Shown one piece after another: positions 14,076 to 27,841 of a stretch of DNA of 64,000 nucleotides (position 1 is the stretch's first letter; the number at the start of each line of letters is the position of its first letter). The DNA comes from Lama guanicoe (Eukaryota): assembly GCA_013239625.1 (NCBI GenBank), contig MU053758.1:2542001-2606000 (forward strand), read 5' to 3'. The notes beneath the pieces were generated by a model, which did not search any database, had not been told where the DNA came from, and saw only the letters and a program-made list of their open reading frames with translations. The translations under genes and the position numbers were made by a program.

Positions 14076-16002
14076 CCCAGAGAGAATTTTGTAGGCTGAA
14101 GAGAACAAAGGCTTGGCTCACTGGGGCTGATGCACATGGTTTCATTTCCTGGGGTGATGGTTATCACATGAAAGGCTTGCACTCCAGAGTAGACATTTTT
14201 GGTTTCACCTGAGACACTGCAAAAACAATGGGTCTTGGAAAGGATCCAACATCTAAATCCTTCAGGGGCAATAGCAGTCTCAGCCAACTGTGCCTCAGTT
14301 TGTTTTTACAGGCACATAAAATGCTCAGTCGGGGAGAAGAACCTATCAAAGATGGCAAACAGAGCAGGCAACTTGGGTGTCTTGGATGGCATGTTGTTAG
14401 TATGAGTTTTCCAGTGTAAAAATACAGGTTCTGAATTTCTACTCTGAACTATGAGATCTCAGGATCCAACTCAAAGAAGGACAAAGTTTGGAGTAATAGC
14501 CTCAAGTTTGCCAGAGATATTGTGAGAAGGGACAAAACGAGATAGGGGCTGTTAGACAGGGAAGCACACAAAAGGGTGATGTTGTTTAAGTGTTTTCCAA
14601 GGATTGGGGGTCATAACCATGAAATCCTCAGCACATGCAAAAGTCAACTGGATAACAAAGAAGCTTAATCATCTTAATGTGGCATTTTAATGATGCCACT
14701 GATTTGCTATGCCAATTCAGAGATAATGAGGGCCTAATGCTACAGATGTTCAGCCAGGCTAAAAGAAAGGGGGAGTGGGCTTTTCTAGCGTGCCATTTTC
14801 TAACTATCCAATTAAACAAATTGTGAAAGCATCTAAATAGTTTACCAGGTTTTGACAGCTGTTAATAGGATTTAGAAGCTTGAAGCACTAAAGAGCAAAA
14901 TGGGAGATATATGGATTGTAGGTATTTAGCCTACAGAATTTGCTGCTATCACTCAGTATAGTACAAACAGATTAACTAGAACAGTTCTCCTTATAAAATT
15001 AATGTCTCCACTCCTTTCCCACAATGGCTTCTTTATATTATGAACAAGAACACTGAAATTACGGGTCATTTTCATTTCCTAATTTACACTTTTATGTATA
15101 AAATGAGGAGGAGAAAAACTAATGACATTTTGAAAACTAAAGGATAAGAAGTTTTTATATTTGCTAACCAGTAAAATCATAAAGCATCAATGAAAATAAA
15201 ACTTTTGGTCATTGATTGATAGTGTCCATTATGTTTTCATTTTTCTCTTCTTTTAGATTCTAAAGTGACAGACATCTAGTATTGTTTAAAACACCTATTT
15301 TGAAATTAGGAAAAAACTGAAAAAGGTGAATCAGACTAATAAGAGATAAAACATCATTATCTCAATAGCCACAAAAAAAGAGGTAGCAATTTGGATAATA
15401 AAATAAAACACATTCTTATCAGACTTCTAAATTGTCCTTAAAGAAGCTAAACTGGTAATTAGTAAATCATGTCACTTCAAATTCAAGAGCGTTAGTGTGA
15501 AAACAGGAAGAAAGTCTCAGTTGCAAAGAAACCATCCTCAATTTTACTAATGACATTAATCTTTGCCTTATTATCTGACTATCAAATAGCTCATTCATTG
15601 CCATAATAGTAAAAGTAATTTTGCTTAATAATTTCAGTGCTATTATTTGCTTCCCTTTTAGAATGAGAGAAGACTTATTACTTTTAACAACAGGAGTATA
15701 CTGCACATCAGCAGTGGGTAAGGGTCCAGCTGCTCAGTTGGGCCAAGCTCTCCAGCTATCGTGAGGCCAGGTGAAGTCTTTTATCTTGAGTTGTTGTGAG
15801 GATTGAAAAACATGATGCACAGAAGTGCCTTCTTAACTATAAAAAAGTACACAATTGTATTTTTTAATTTCTATCCCTGATAACTACGCATTTTTTCTAT
15901 TGATTATTTATCCTATGTACTATTTTATATTTATATTTCTGAGAAGTAACTGCTATCCATTGAAAAATTATGACTGAAAATACATTTTAAAAAGTTAAGG
16001 TT

Positions 16003-16419
16003 GGATGGATCTAGAGATTATTATACGAAGTGAAATGAATCAGACAGAGAAAGACAAATATCACATGATATCACTTACATGTGGAATCTAAAAAGATGAT
16101 ACAAATGAACTTATTCACAAAACAGAAACAGGCTCACAGACATAAAAACAAACTTATGGTTACCAAAGGGGAAGTGGTAGGGGAGGGATAAATGAGGAGT
16201 TTGGGATTAATAGACACACACTATTATATATAAAATAGATAAACAACAAGGTCCTACAATATAGCACAGGGAACTATATTCAATATCTTGTAATAACCTA
16301 TAGTGGAAAGAAATCTGAAAAAGAATATATATACATACACATACATATATAACTGAATCACCTTGTTGCAAACCTGAAACACAATATTGTAAATCAACTA
16401 TACTTCAATTTAAAAAAAA
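16003..16419 (+). mobile_element. Truncated L1 3' end of a comparatively young laurasiatherian/artiodactyl type
   Basis: ggatggatctagagattattatac...aacttatggttaccaaaggg...aaatcaactatacttcaatttaaaaaaaa; TSD core GTTAAGGTT on both sides. Confidence 0.85.
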
Positions 16420-18599
16420 GAGGTTAAGGTTTTAGATGTTGCCTAATCACACTAGAGATAGACTAAAGTATGCCTGGTAGACATTTCATTTATAAAAATC
16501 CAGAAGAAAAAACTTCCTTTTCATTAATAGTTTCCTTTCTTTTCATTCACAATTCCAAATTGGATAGATTATTCACTCTATCTTTCTTTTGACAGAACTC
16601 AATTAAAAAATTTAAAGCATATTAAAATATAATTCTTAAAAAAATTCATTGTTACCCAAATACAGTTAAATTAGTTAAAAACATTCTGACTGTCACAACA
16701 GGATCATGGGCAAGGGAAGGACTGAAAATGTCTTCTATATCCAGTGCATAAGTAGTTCTTGGTATACATAGCATGTGTTGTGTTACATGGCAGTTAACAT
16801 GTTTATTTCCCATCTAGACTAGAAGTATCTTCAAGGCAGAGGCCAAGTTTTCATAATATTTGCGTCCATAGTACCTTTCAGAGGGCTCACTTACCACAGG
16901 TATTGAATGAATAAATGATGAATGAATGAACTCCTTAGGCAGCCTGAACCAATTCAATGATAATAAGAAGGCCCGCCAAAGACTAAATGAGTCAGCGCGC
17001 TGAAGCACTCCCTAACTCGTTTGCAACAGACTGAAGCTGAGCTGCCGCATGCAGAGTGTCTCCTCATGGTGCATCAGCACAAGCCCCAGGGGCCACAGTG
17101 GTCACCACTTCTCCAGGTGACTTCTTTGCCTGGTGTGATCTGGCTTCTGCCCCTCCTACTCTGTTACTTTGCGACAAAATGCCACTGAGCAGTCTTTCTT
17201 TCATTCAGAATTCCCTTGTATACAATTAATCACTCTCTCTCTGAACAGAATTCAATTACAAAAATGGAAAACATATTAAAACATAATTCTTAGAAACATT
17301 CAAAAAATTGTTTCTGCTTCTGGAGCCTCTTCCCTGAACTCTATTCACTCCTGGTTCTACTCTTACCTCATTTATTTTCCATGTTTACCCCTCTTTCTCT
17401 GCCTCCTAGGTGTGAATGGTCTCAAGGGGCTTGTTTCTTGAACTTTTTGTTTTTTTCACTTTACATATTCTCCTGACACAACTTTTTGTTGCTGATGACC
17501 CCCAAATCTGAATTTCCAGCCAACTTCTCCCTGCTGAGAGGGAGATACTTGCAGTCACCTCGGGTTTCTTATGCTTGTCTGACACTCAACAAGCTGCAAC
17601 CTAGCTGGTTGTTTCTCTCTTCTAGACTGCCTTTCCAAAGCTGCTCCTCCTACCGTAGTCCCTGTTTCCCCTTCTGCATAGTGGCTCCTTGAGTCAATGT
17701 CTGTATGTTATCCCGCTAGCATCCTTAACATTTAGCATGCTGTTTGGCACACAGTTCAGTGAATGCTTACCAAATGAACAGGAGGAAGGAGAGAAAGAAG
17801 ACAAGAAGCAAGGAAAGAGTAACCAACTATTTGTTCTTTGCTTCTAGTACAAAATTAAGGCTAAAGATGTTTCCCCCAAAATCACGCAGATTGTAATTTT
17901 GCCTAAGAGTAGCCTTATTAGGCCACAGCCGAGGAAAACAATAAAATGTATTTTTAACTTAAGACACACCAACCAGACCCAAAGGGTATAAAGGATTCTT
18001 GAAAGAGAAAGAAATAAGCATAAGGATTAAGAATTAGAAGATTCTTGCTCTTTTTAAACATTAAATTAATAAAAACAAAATATATACAAAATAATATAAA
18101 ATTTACCATCTGCTACATGTTATGTGGACTTTTCTTCCTCCATTCCCCTCTGGAATTAGAGCACTAAGAAACAATAGAAGGAACTCAGCACCGACTTATC
18201 CTAGGTGAACGTACAACATTAAAAGCACATAAGAGAATAAGCTATCTTGTCGCCGGAACATGCTCGTCCCTGGGGGTAAAGAATAACTGCTTAACAGCTG
18301 CCCAGTGACATACTTCCAAGCTGCAAGCAAAGATGCATCCTCGCTCCACCAGAAGCTGCGGAGGGAATACTACCTGGCAGAATACAACTAGGATGGAATC
18401 CAGCCAACAAACTGGAGTGCATGCCCTTTTCTAGTTCCAAAGGCAACTCCTAATGATCACAAATAGAGGTTTCTAGTCACAGTATTAAAACAGCACCAGA
18501 ATGGGTACTGAGAATTATAAGGAAGGGACAATATCGTATTTCACTCTTATTTTGCCCACTGAAGGTAGACTTGAATGTCTTTTTAAAAAAAAAGTTCTT

Positions 18600-18805
18600 A
18601 TGAAAGAGGATGAACTTTGGAGTAAGACAGAATCTAGGTTCACACTGTACTAACTAGCTGGGTGTTCTAAGCAAGTCACTTGACTTCTGTGAATTTTCTT
18701 ATTTGTATAATTATGATAATATCTACACCTAATAGGGTTGTTACCATAATTAAATTAGAAAAAATAATATATATAAAGGCCTAGCATAGTAGCTGACACA
18801 TAATA
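18600..18805 (+). mobile_element. MIR SINE
   Basis: ctttggagtaagacagaatctaggttc...gcaagtcacttgacttctgtg...cctagcatagtagctgacacata. Confidence 0.75.
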
Positions 18806-18809
18806 TCTT

Positions 18810-20310
18810 CACGATCTTGGAATCAATTTCTTAGATTTGATACCAAAACATGATTCGTAAGTGAAAATATCTTGCAATTCAGTAGTAAGACAAATAACTC
18901 AATTAAAAAATGTGAGAAAGATTTGAATTGACATTTCACCAAAGAAATCATACGAATGAACAATGGGCAAATGAAAAGATGCTAACGTCATTAGTTATTA
19001 GACAGGTGTAAATTAAAACCACGATGAGATATGTCTTCACACCCACCAGAATGGCTATCATCAGAAAGACAGAGAATACAAGCTTTGGTGAGTGTGTGGA
19101 GAAAACAGAGCCCTAACACATTGCTGGTGGGAATGAAAAGTGGTGCAGCCATTTGGAAAAAATCTGGCAGAATCGTAGGCAGCTCTCTGAAATGGTTCCC
19201 AATAATCCCTGACTCCTAGTTTTCAGATCCTTGTGTAATCTCCCTTTGCATGTGGTTTGGGACTAGGTGATTTGCTTCCAATTAACAGAACATGGCAAAA
19301 GTGATGGGAAATCACATCTGTCATTATATTATAAAAAACTGTGACTTCCATTTTGTTCTCATCCTCTCTCTCTCTCTGGTACTTCTCAGCTGCTTCTCTG
19401 ATAAAGTAGGCTAGACAGCCCACATGGCAAGGAACTGAAGGCAGTTTCTAGCCAACCTGTAGTGAGGAAATGAGGCCCTCAGTCCAAAAAACCTTCAAGG
19501 AACTAAATCCTGGCAAGCAAATGAGTGAATTGGGAAGCTGACCCTTCCCTACACGAGCCTTCAGGTGACATTGCAATCTGGTGACCTTGATTATAGCCTA
19601 TGAGAGATTCTGAAGCAGAGGACCCAGATAAGTTGTGCCTGTATTCCTGAGATAATAAATCTGTATTGATTTAAGTTGCTAAGGGTTGGGATAATTTGTT
19701 ATACTGTAATCAATAATTAATATAGACTGTTTCTTATAAAATTAAACATACATTTATCATACAACCCAGCAATTTCAGTCTTAGGTAACTATCCCAAAGG
19801 AATGAAAGCATACTTCTACACAAAGACTTACACACAAATGCTCGTAGCAGGATTATTCATAAAAGCCAAAAAATTGAGACAATCAAAATGTCCATCAATT
19901 GATGAATGGATAAACAAAATGTACTTTATCAATATAATAGAATACTATTCAGAAATAAAGAGAAACAAAGTACTGATACATTCAACAACATAGATAAACT
20001 TAAAAAAAAAACATTATGCTAAGTGAAAGAAGCCGGAAGCAAAAGACCACATAGTATATTATTCCTTTTATATGAGATATGTAGAAATGGTAAGTCTATA
20101 GAGACAAAAATCAAATTAGTGGTTGCCTGGGGCTGGGAGTAAGAATGGGGATTGACTGCAAACAGGTACTACGAATTTTCTTAGGGTGATAGAAATGTTC
20201 TAAAACATAGTGTCAGGTGTTCAACTTTGTAAATTTACTAAAAATCATTGAAATGGACACTTAAAGGTATGTAAATTATAACCACACTAAAGCTCCTTTT
20301 TAAAAAAAAA
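18810..20310 (+). mobile_element. L1M ORF2 end and 3' UTR, split by an MLT1 LTR
   Basis: gacatttcaccaaagaa...aattaaaaccacgatgagata; the L1 text resumes contiguously after 19724. Confidence 0.8.
19173..19724 (+). mobile_element. MLT1-type (ERVL-MaLR) solo LTR
   Basis: gtaggcagctctctgaaatggttccc...gataataaatctgtattgatttaagttgctaagggttgggataatttgttat. Confidence 0.8.
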
Positions 20311-22673
20311 GAACAGTATAAGGATTTAAAAAAAAAAAAACCAACAACAACTGATAGCCAGCTACAATGATACTGACTCTGTCTCAAGAGGGGAGAGTTT
20401 AGCTAATCATTCACCAACTATGACAAAAAGCATCATAGCAAATGTAGCTTTTGAGCTATGATTAACCTCATATGACAAATCCTCATATGTATCTTTAACT
20501 CCTTTTGCTCCTATGCAATTCATTTCATGCCAACTCATTTTCAAAGAAATTAATAAATGTTGTGTTAAAAAAAAAAACACAAGTTGTATCTGCTACTTAG
20601 CAGTAGGAAAGAGGCTAAAACAACAGTTGGCCTCATAGGACATCCCCTATAGGACTTAATTATTTTATTACGCACTTCAGGAAATACCTAAGTAACTACT
20701 GGTTTGCGCTCTCTTTCTGAATTGTACTAAAATCCACACAGATCCAGATTTTCTAATTGTAGTAGTTCTTTGCCACATTTTGTATTTTTCTACCTTTTTA
20801 TGCCTCACTTTCTATTCTACTAATGATCTAGTGTGCTTTACTAGCCTATGACTACTAATTAACTAGTGAGCACTGCCCCTGATCTGCAAGTTAGTGGTGG
20901 TGCGAAGCACTTGGGGAAGCTCTCTGAGGGTTCACTCAGGAAATGTGAGCGTTTAGTTCTCCCACAAGAGAAGAAGAAAATAAAGAATCATCTTTTTATA
21001 TAGTCTAAGACAGAGAACTGGTGCAACTTGAAGGCCAAGAACTGGAAAATCAAGTTGATGGTGAGTAAGAAACAGTTCATATAAAAATGCCAGAAGTAGT
21101 CCTGGGTTCCAAGCAATGAAGAGAGGTAATTTAAGTTGTGTCCAAGTTCTGGTGGTTGACAAGCATGGCCAGAAGCCTAGACTGACTTAAGAGAGGCTAA
21201 GAAAGAGCCTTGCCTATCTTCTCTGAGGCTGCTCTGAACTTCCTTGAGGAGTAACAAAGGGTAACAAAGGCATGGCTGGGACTTCTGCTTCTGCAGACGC
21301 AGGTGCAGAAAACGCTGGTTCTAACAAATCTCGTCAACGTTTTTAATGCCACCAGACTGACTAATATAGTGAAATATCTACCGCGATCCCATTTTTACTT
21401 ATTCAGTTGACATAATCAACAAATCTATTAAGGGTAAGGTCACAAATTATTTTTAATTATTAAACTATGGATTTCCATATGTTACTGTTTAGACAGCATC
21501 ACTCATGCAGAATATGCTTCTCAAGACTGTCATTTCTGCAACCTCAAATCTTGATCCAACAGCAGTCAGTTAAAAAGCAGATTTCAACCAGGCAGCTGAA
21601 CGAGAGAACATCTGGACCTACCAGTCAGAATGAAAAAGGTCACATGTTAAATCCAGATAATCTTGTTTATTGGTGTTTGAAGGTTATACACCAAGGGCTG
21701 GATTACCAGGGTCCTCCTTTAGGCCTGGCTCTGACAGCTTCATTCAACTGCTCCGTGTGAGACACTTTAAAATCTAAAGCTTTAAAACTATGGCGTTGTC
21801 AGTCACTTCCAAATGTAATTTTCCTAATTTTAAGTCTGAATACTACATCAGCCTATTACTAGACTGCTGAGTATTAAATGCTGGAAGAAACCGCATAACA
21901 GAATTGTCAGGTGCCGATGATGTCTATTCTTTTAAAAACAGTTTTCCAAATTGCCGTGCAGCATTTTTCTATGGATGAAGCATTTCCAACATTCTCTATC
22001 AAAATTAAGAGAAAGGAAAGGCCTTTGAACCAGCAAGGAATAAAATTAAAAGGTTGCCCCAGGATAGGTTTCAGGTCGATGATGAAGAAAGGGGGATTGT
22101 GCCTATCTCGTGATTTTTCATAATTAGTATATATTATTTTATATACCACAGAAAGGAACCAAAAGTGTCTGTGTTGGAAGCATACGACCATAACATATGA
22201 AACTGTTACAAAAAAGCAAAGCCAAGAAGCCCTAAGGCCTGATATATTTTGATTAGGGCTTTTGCATCTTTTCTGGGTTGTGGACCTACCTCTCTGAGAA
22301 CTTTACTCTGTACCTAGAAAAATGCACTCGTACCGATAAACACAAAATTTCACATAGTTTTGAGAGGTTTCCCAAACCTTGAAGTATCAACTTGAGAATC
22401 TTTGTATTAGGCCTTTAAATAGGTTCAGGCTCCTTTATGCTACACTTTTTTTTATATACTTTACATACAGTGGTTGGCCTTCAAATTTCATGCTCAAGTA
22501 CTCTCAAAAGAATTTTGAAAAATTATGTTTCACCCTTTTGAATGGGTACAAATGGAATACAAATATTAGTGATTTGATTTCCTCCCTCATAAATTTAAAA
22601 ATACATGAATAAGCTCTGAAAAAATCAGAAACTTTCTCCTTGAACTTCTCTCCATTTCCCTTTTCCCACAGAT

Positions 22674-22802
22674 TATTTTTTTTTTGGTAGGGGGAGGAAA
22701 TTAGGTTTGTTTATTCATTTATTTAATGGCGGTACTGGGGACTGAACCCAGGGCCTGTTGCATGCTAGGCATGTGCTCTACCACTGAGCTATGCCCTCCC
22801 CC
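22674..22802 (-). mobile_element. vic-1-type camelid SINE
   Basis: Same tRNA-like head and tail as the other copies; degenerate flanking direct repeat ttccctttt/ttcccttt. Confidence 0.85.
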
Positions 22803-24105
22803 TTCCCTTTCCCTGTAGAATTTTATCCTTATGTACTATTCTTCTATGCTTGAGTCTTCTGTTGTTCATTGTATCATATGTCTCAACAACAATAACTTTA
22901 TATAAATAAATATATTTTGATTACCATGAAGTACTATGTGTTAAAAAAATTCTTCAGGATTGAGTTATCATTATAATTATTAGCATACGACTGATGAAAA
23001 CAATGTAGGTATGTTATAGATCTTCATCAATAATTATTAAATATAAAAAGTAAAATTTGGTCAGAATGCATCTCTAAATGAGATGGATGGAGAGGGCAGG
23101 CATTTATGAAAAGCTTGATTAGAGAAATGATCTAAGTGACTCTTTGTTTGGCATCCTGGAAATATTTACCCTTTAGGGCAAAGAAGTAAGATTTGGGATG
23201 CATGAGAGATGTGCAGAAAAGTCTCAATGACAGCGGCTTTCGAGGGGAGATCGGTTTTAGAAAAGAGGACATGCTGAAGGTAAAGATCTGGCAACTGATT
23301 CTCTTAAAATTACCCACATCTGTGTAATCCTTGGAAAGTCTCCCCATATCCTGGTTTGAAGAACACCGCTAAAAAAAGGCTCCAATGCCCAAAGGTGCCC
23401 ACATGCTCTTCTTCACTTTATTTAATCAACAACAGTTATTCAGTGTGCACTGGGAGCACTGCAGGGGATGAATGGATGAATGGATGGTCAGATGGAAAGG
23501 CAGAAAGAAAAACAGAAAAATACTGAGCATTTACAATAGACCCCAAATTTTGGCACAGAAGAAGAATAAGACTAAATAAGACTGTCCTTAAAAAAAAAAA
23601 AGACAGTCCTTGCCATGTCATCCACTCTCTGGGAGACAGTGAAGTCCGGTAAGGCCCTGCCACTATGTAAGATGCATCAATTTGATTATAAGAGGATGGG
23701 TGAATTGCCTCCAGCTGTTGGTTCTTCTGCCCTTCTCTGACCGGAGCAAGCTAAAATTCACATGTTACGGGATTAGGTAGGAAGTAACTGCCTTATGATT
23801 ATGCGAGACTTGAAATTTCATGTAAGGTCAGTTGTGTCTAGTCTAAACCTCACTGTTGTTGCTTTGTGCTTTTTGTAACAGTATCTACCAAGAAATTCCT
23901 ATATTTCATCAACTTTGGAATAATGTGACCCTCATACTTTAAAGATAAAATTTCTGGATCCTGCCCAGTATGCTGTGGCGACACCTCACAGACTCTTCTC
24001 ATCTCTAACACTATTCTCCTCTGTGCAAAAAAAAAAAGCCCCTCTGACGAATTATGAAAAATGATGACCTAGTGAGCCAGAACAGGATTTCATTCGGTCC
24101 TCAGT

Positions 24106-24294
24106 CCAATGCTGTGCTGGGAAATGCGTAAGAACCCACTCACAGCGGTGGGGGGAGGGCTTATTCATAGCATTTGCTGATGTCAGTGGTATAAATACCA
24201 TGGCCCATGGCCCGCTTCAAACTATCAACGAAAAGTCAGCCAGCTCACTGAAAATTGAATAAGCCATTCTGAGCTGACTCTGGCACACCACTGG
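24106..24294. mobile_element. MER63-like hAT MITE
   Basis: Terminal inverted repeats ccaatgctgtgctgg ... ctggcacaccactgg; internal tagcatttgctgat. Confidence 0.55.
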
Positions 24295-25564
24295 GACGCC
24301 TCCCTTACCCCACAGCAGGATGCATTCATGTGGTTACCAAACTGTACCCGGGTACACGATGGCCCGGGTCACCATGCCTGGAGCCAAACTTAGTCTGAGC
24401 AGCTGAACTCACTTGGCAAGAGCAGGTGCAGTGAGAGTCGGCAGGCACAAACAGGCGTTTCACACGTACTGCTGACCAACTGGACTGGAATCCACATTTT
24501 ATTTCACACTCATCCTGGTTCCACTCCAAAGAGGCTCTAGTACTATTGCTCTGCAGTTAAGGAAAAGCCAAAGGAAGGGGAGAGAGTCTCGGCGGACCCA
24601 GGAAGGGCAGTGGGCAGACCTACTTTTCTGTCATCTGTTACAACTGTCCGTTCCTTTTCTGCAGATGCCAAATATCTTCCTAGTTCAATCTGCTACACAG
24701 CTTGGTTAAAAGAAAAAAAAAAAAGAGCGAATCTAGGGGTATTTTTTGTCAAAAAGAGTTAAGGAGAGGTGTCTGGGTTTTATCACCAGCAGAACTTATC
24801 CGTTTGACACAGTACGAGCCGTGAAGCCTCTCTGCCCATTGTGAGCACTTACAGAAATCCCCTGTGAGTGAGCTTCTGCAGCAAAGCACTGCTGATTTTG
24901 TAAGATAACCCCTGCATCCCATGAGCGACAGGTCTTGATCTGGGCTTGAGAGATGTAATATTTTGATAAAAAACGGCACTTCCTTTTGAAGCACGTACTT
25001 GCGTGTGCTGAGCAGTACCGCTGGAACCTCAGTGAGCGCCTAGGCGAGGCTGACTCGGTCTCTCCCAGCTCCCTCCAGCCATAGACCCCTCCTTCACACA
25101 TCTAAATGTAGCAGTAATTAGCATCCATAAACCGCAAGTGTGGCTTGTTTTTTTTTTCTCCCCCTTTCAGAAGCATCAGAATAGTTTGTATTTCTCATGA
25201 GTGCAAAAAAAAAGCTGTACACCTCAAACAATATTGAGACCCTGACATGGAAAACTACTGAGGACAGGAGCTCTATTTCCTAAGGGAGGAAGAATTATTT
25301 TTTCAGCAAACTTTCTAATTAAAGTTCTTTGGCCTAAGCATCACACAAGGTATCACAATAAAGAAAATCGAAGGCCTTTCAAAAAATTATCAAATCCAAT
25401 TTCCTCATGGAATCAAGCACGATCCTAACTCTTACACAAAGGAATAAATTAAATACATACACTGATTGATCACCTCTGCACAACTAATTAAGAAGAAATC
25501 CATCTCACAATGAGTACCAGGTATATCTGATATTCGGTTGTAAAGATTTTAGAGATGAAGGGTG

Positions 25565-26003
25565 GAGTGCACTGAGTGTATCCCCAAAGTTCATGTCTGT
25601 CAGGAACATCAGAAGGTGGCTTTATTTGGAAACCAGGTCTTTGTAGACGTAATTAGTTAAAAGGAGGTCACACTTGATGAAGGTGGGCTTTTAACCCAAC
25701 TACTAGTGTCCTTATAAGTGGAGAAGACATACAGAGACACACACAGGGAGGAAGGCCATGTGATGACGGAGGCAGAGATTAGAGTTATGCTGAGGAACAA
25801 GCCAAGGAATACCCAGGATCGCTGGGAGCCACCAGAACCTAGAAAGAGACAAGGAAGGATTCTTTTCTAGAGCCTTTCAGCAGGAGCATGGTGGTGCTTG
25901 ATTTGGGATTTCCAACCTCCAAAGCTGTGAGAGAATTAATTTCTGTTGCTTAAAGCACCCAGTTTGTGGTAATCTGTTATAGAAGCCCTAAGAAACTAAT
26001 GCA
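25565..26003 (+). mobile_element. MLT1B/C-like solo LTR
   Basis: ttatttggaaaccaggtctttgtagacgtaattagttaa...ggaaggccatgtgatgacggaggcagagatt...cagtttgtggtaatctgttatagaagccctaagaaactaat. Confidence 0.8.
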
Positions 26004-26198
26004 AAGGGCAAACGTGCAACTTAAGCAGGATAAACGGCCGATGTTGTTGGATGCTGAGCTATACTGTGCACTTTTAGCCCAGTAGCAGCTCCAGAACAAA
26101 CCGCCAGTGTAAGTAGAAAGAGATGGTGGTTATTAGGAGAATGCTGAAAAACAGAGGCCAGTAGCATGTTAAATGCAGGGAGCTGGCAGCCAAAAAAG

Positions 26199-26350
26199 TT
26201 TTTTTTCTTTTTATATTTTTCTTTTGGAGAGGGGTGGAAGTAATCCGGTTTATTTATTTATTTATTTTTAATGGAAGTACTGGGGGATTGAACCCAAGGA
26301 CCTCATGCACGCTAAGCATGCGCTCTACCACATGAGCTTTATCCTCCCCC
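26199..26350 (-). mobile_element. vic-1-type camelid SINE
   Basis: Same consensus; degenerate TSD ctggcagccaaa / ctgatagccaaa. Confidence 0.85.
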
Positions 26351-27624
26351 ACTGATAGCCAAATTTAGATTCCCTAATTATTCAAAGAGGAAAAGTAATG
26401 CCATCAACATATGTGTGGAGAATCACAACCTCAAAACATACATACAAATGACAGAAACTTTCCTTCCGTCTTCTAAGTGGGAAATGGCCGAGATGGGGAT
26501 CCAATTTCAGAAGAAGAAGAAGGACTGAAACAAACAGCTGTGAGGTTCCACCTCAGTCACTCTGCCTTGAGCTGCATTTCTTTTTCACAGGGCCCTGCTG
26601 AGATGACATTCCACCACTGCGTATATCATCACTACCTAGTTATATTCCTGGGCACACTACCGTTAAGACACATCTTACCTCTAGCCCTGATGTCCAGAGG
26701 CTTTATGTTTTAGTGGTTGGTGTGAACACAGGCCAGATACAAGCAATCGGGATGTTCTCTCTCATGATATGTTATGAATCTCGCTTTAACTTCTGCTTTT
26801 AACATTATAGTATCTCAATGACATTTTAGATCCACAAGGAAAGTCCCAAGATCCTTTGTGTTCAGTGAAGTGCTTATGATACTCCCAGCACTCATTCAAT
26901 GCTAAACAAAACTAAAGACCCGGGGAACCCTGGGTTATTTCCTACTGCTCAAGATCAGTCTGACAACAGTTGGAGGTGGTCGCTACTAAGAAGAGAAATA
27001 ATAACTGTTGACAGGAATCAGTGACCAAGAAGAACTCCCAACCTCTTCAAAAATCCCGGTGGATTGTATCACTTCCTAAGTAGGTATTTTTAGAAACATG
27101 TAAATGTGGGCTATCAGGGTTCTTTTTTACAAAAAGTTTATAATGTAATGGGGTAAAAGTTTGTCATGTACCAACAATTCCACATAGAGTATATTTAGGC
27201 TTAAATAAGTACTAATTAAACACATTCCAAAATCTCAGTTTTAAGACCACATTTGGGGGAGCTGGGACCGAGAAAAAAGGCCTCACAAAGGAAATAAACC
27301 AGTGGATGCAAATATCTCCAGTGCATTAGTCTATCAGATTTAAATTTTCAGGAAGGAAGGAGGAACCAAGTAAGTGGTAACACAACAGTGAACCCACATA
27401 TGGTTTTATTTGTAACAAATTAACTTACATAAATTATAGTACAGAACTATACCTACTCTATATCTGTATGATAAACAGAGCTGTTAGTGATGTACATTTT
27501 TCCAATTTTAAAAATAATAGTGTCAGTCTCCCCATTGATGTCCTTTTGATATGTTTACATGAATTTTATTCTTTTCAAGGACCAAAAGCTTTCTTAAGTC
27601 ATCACATAAATAAATACACTAGGC

Positions 27625-27841
27625 CAGGAGTCAGCAAACTATGGCTTGCAGGCCACATCTGACCCACTGCCGGTTTTTATCAATAAAGTTACTGAATGCC
27701 ATGCACATTCATTTCTGTATCTGCTACAGCTGCTTTACACCACAACAGCAGAGTTGAGAATCTGCAACAGGGATGGTATTGCCCACAAAGCTTAAGATGT
27801 TTACTACCTGGCCCTTTCCAGAAAAAAACTGCCAGCTCCTG
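27625..27841 (+). mobile_element. MER58A-like hAT MITE
   Basis: caggagtcagcaaact...aactgccagctcctg with 8-bp TSD cactaggc / cactaggt. Confidence 0.8.

Noticed and set aside
24343..24356. Perfect 14-bp palindrome TGTACCCGGGTACA
   Set aside because: About 4 such palindromes are expected by chance in 64 kb (64000/4^7).
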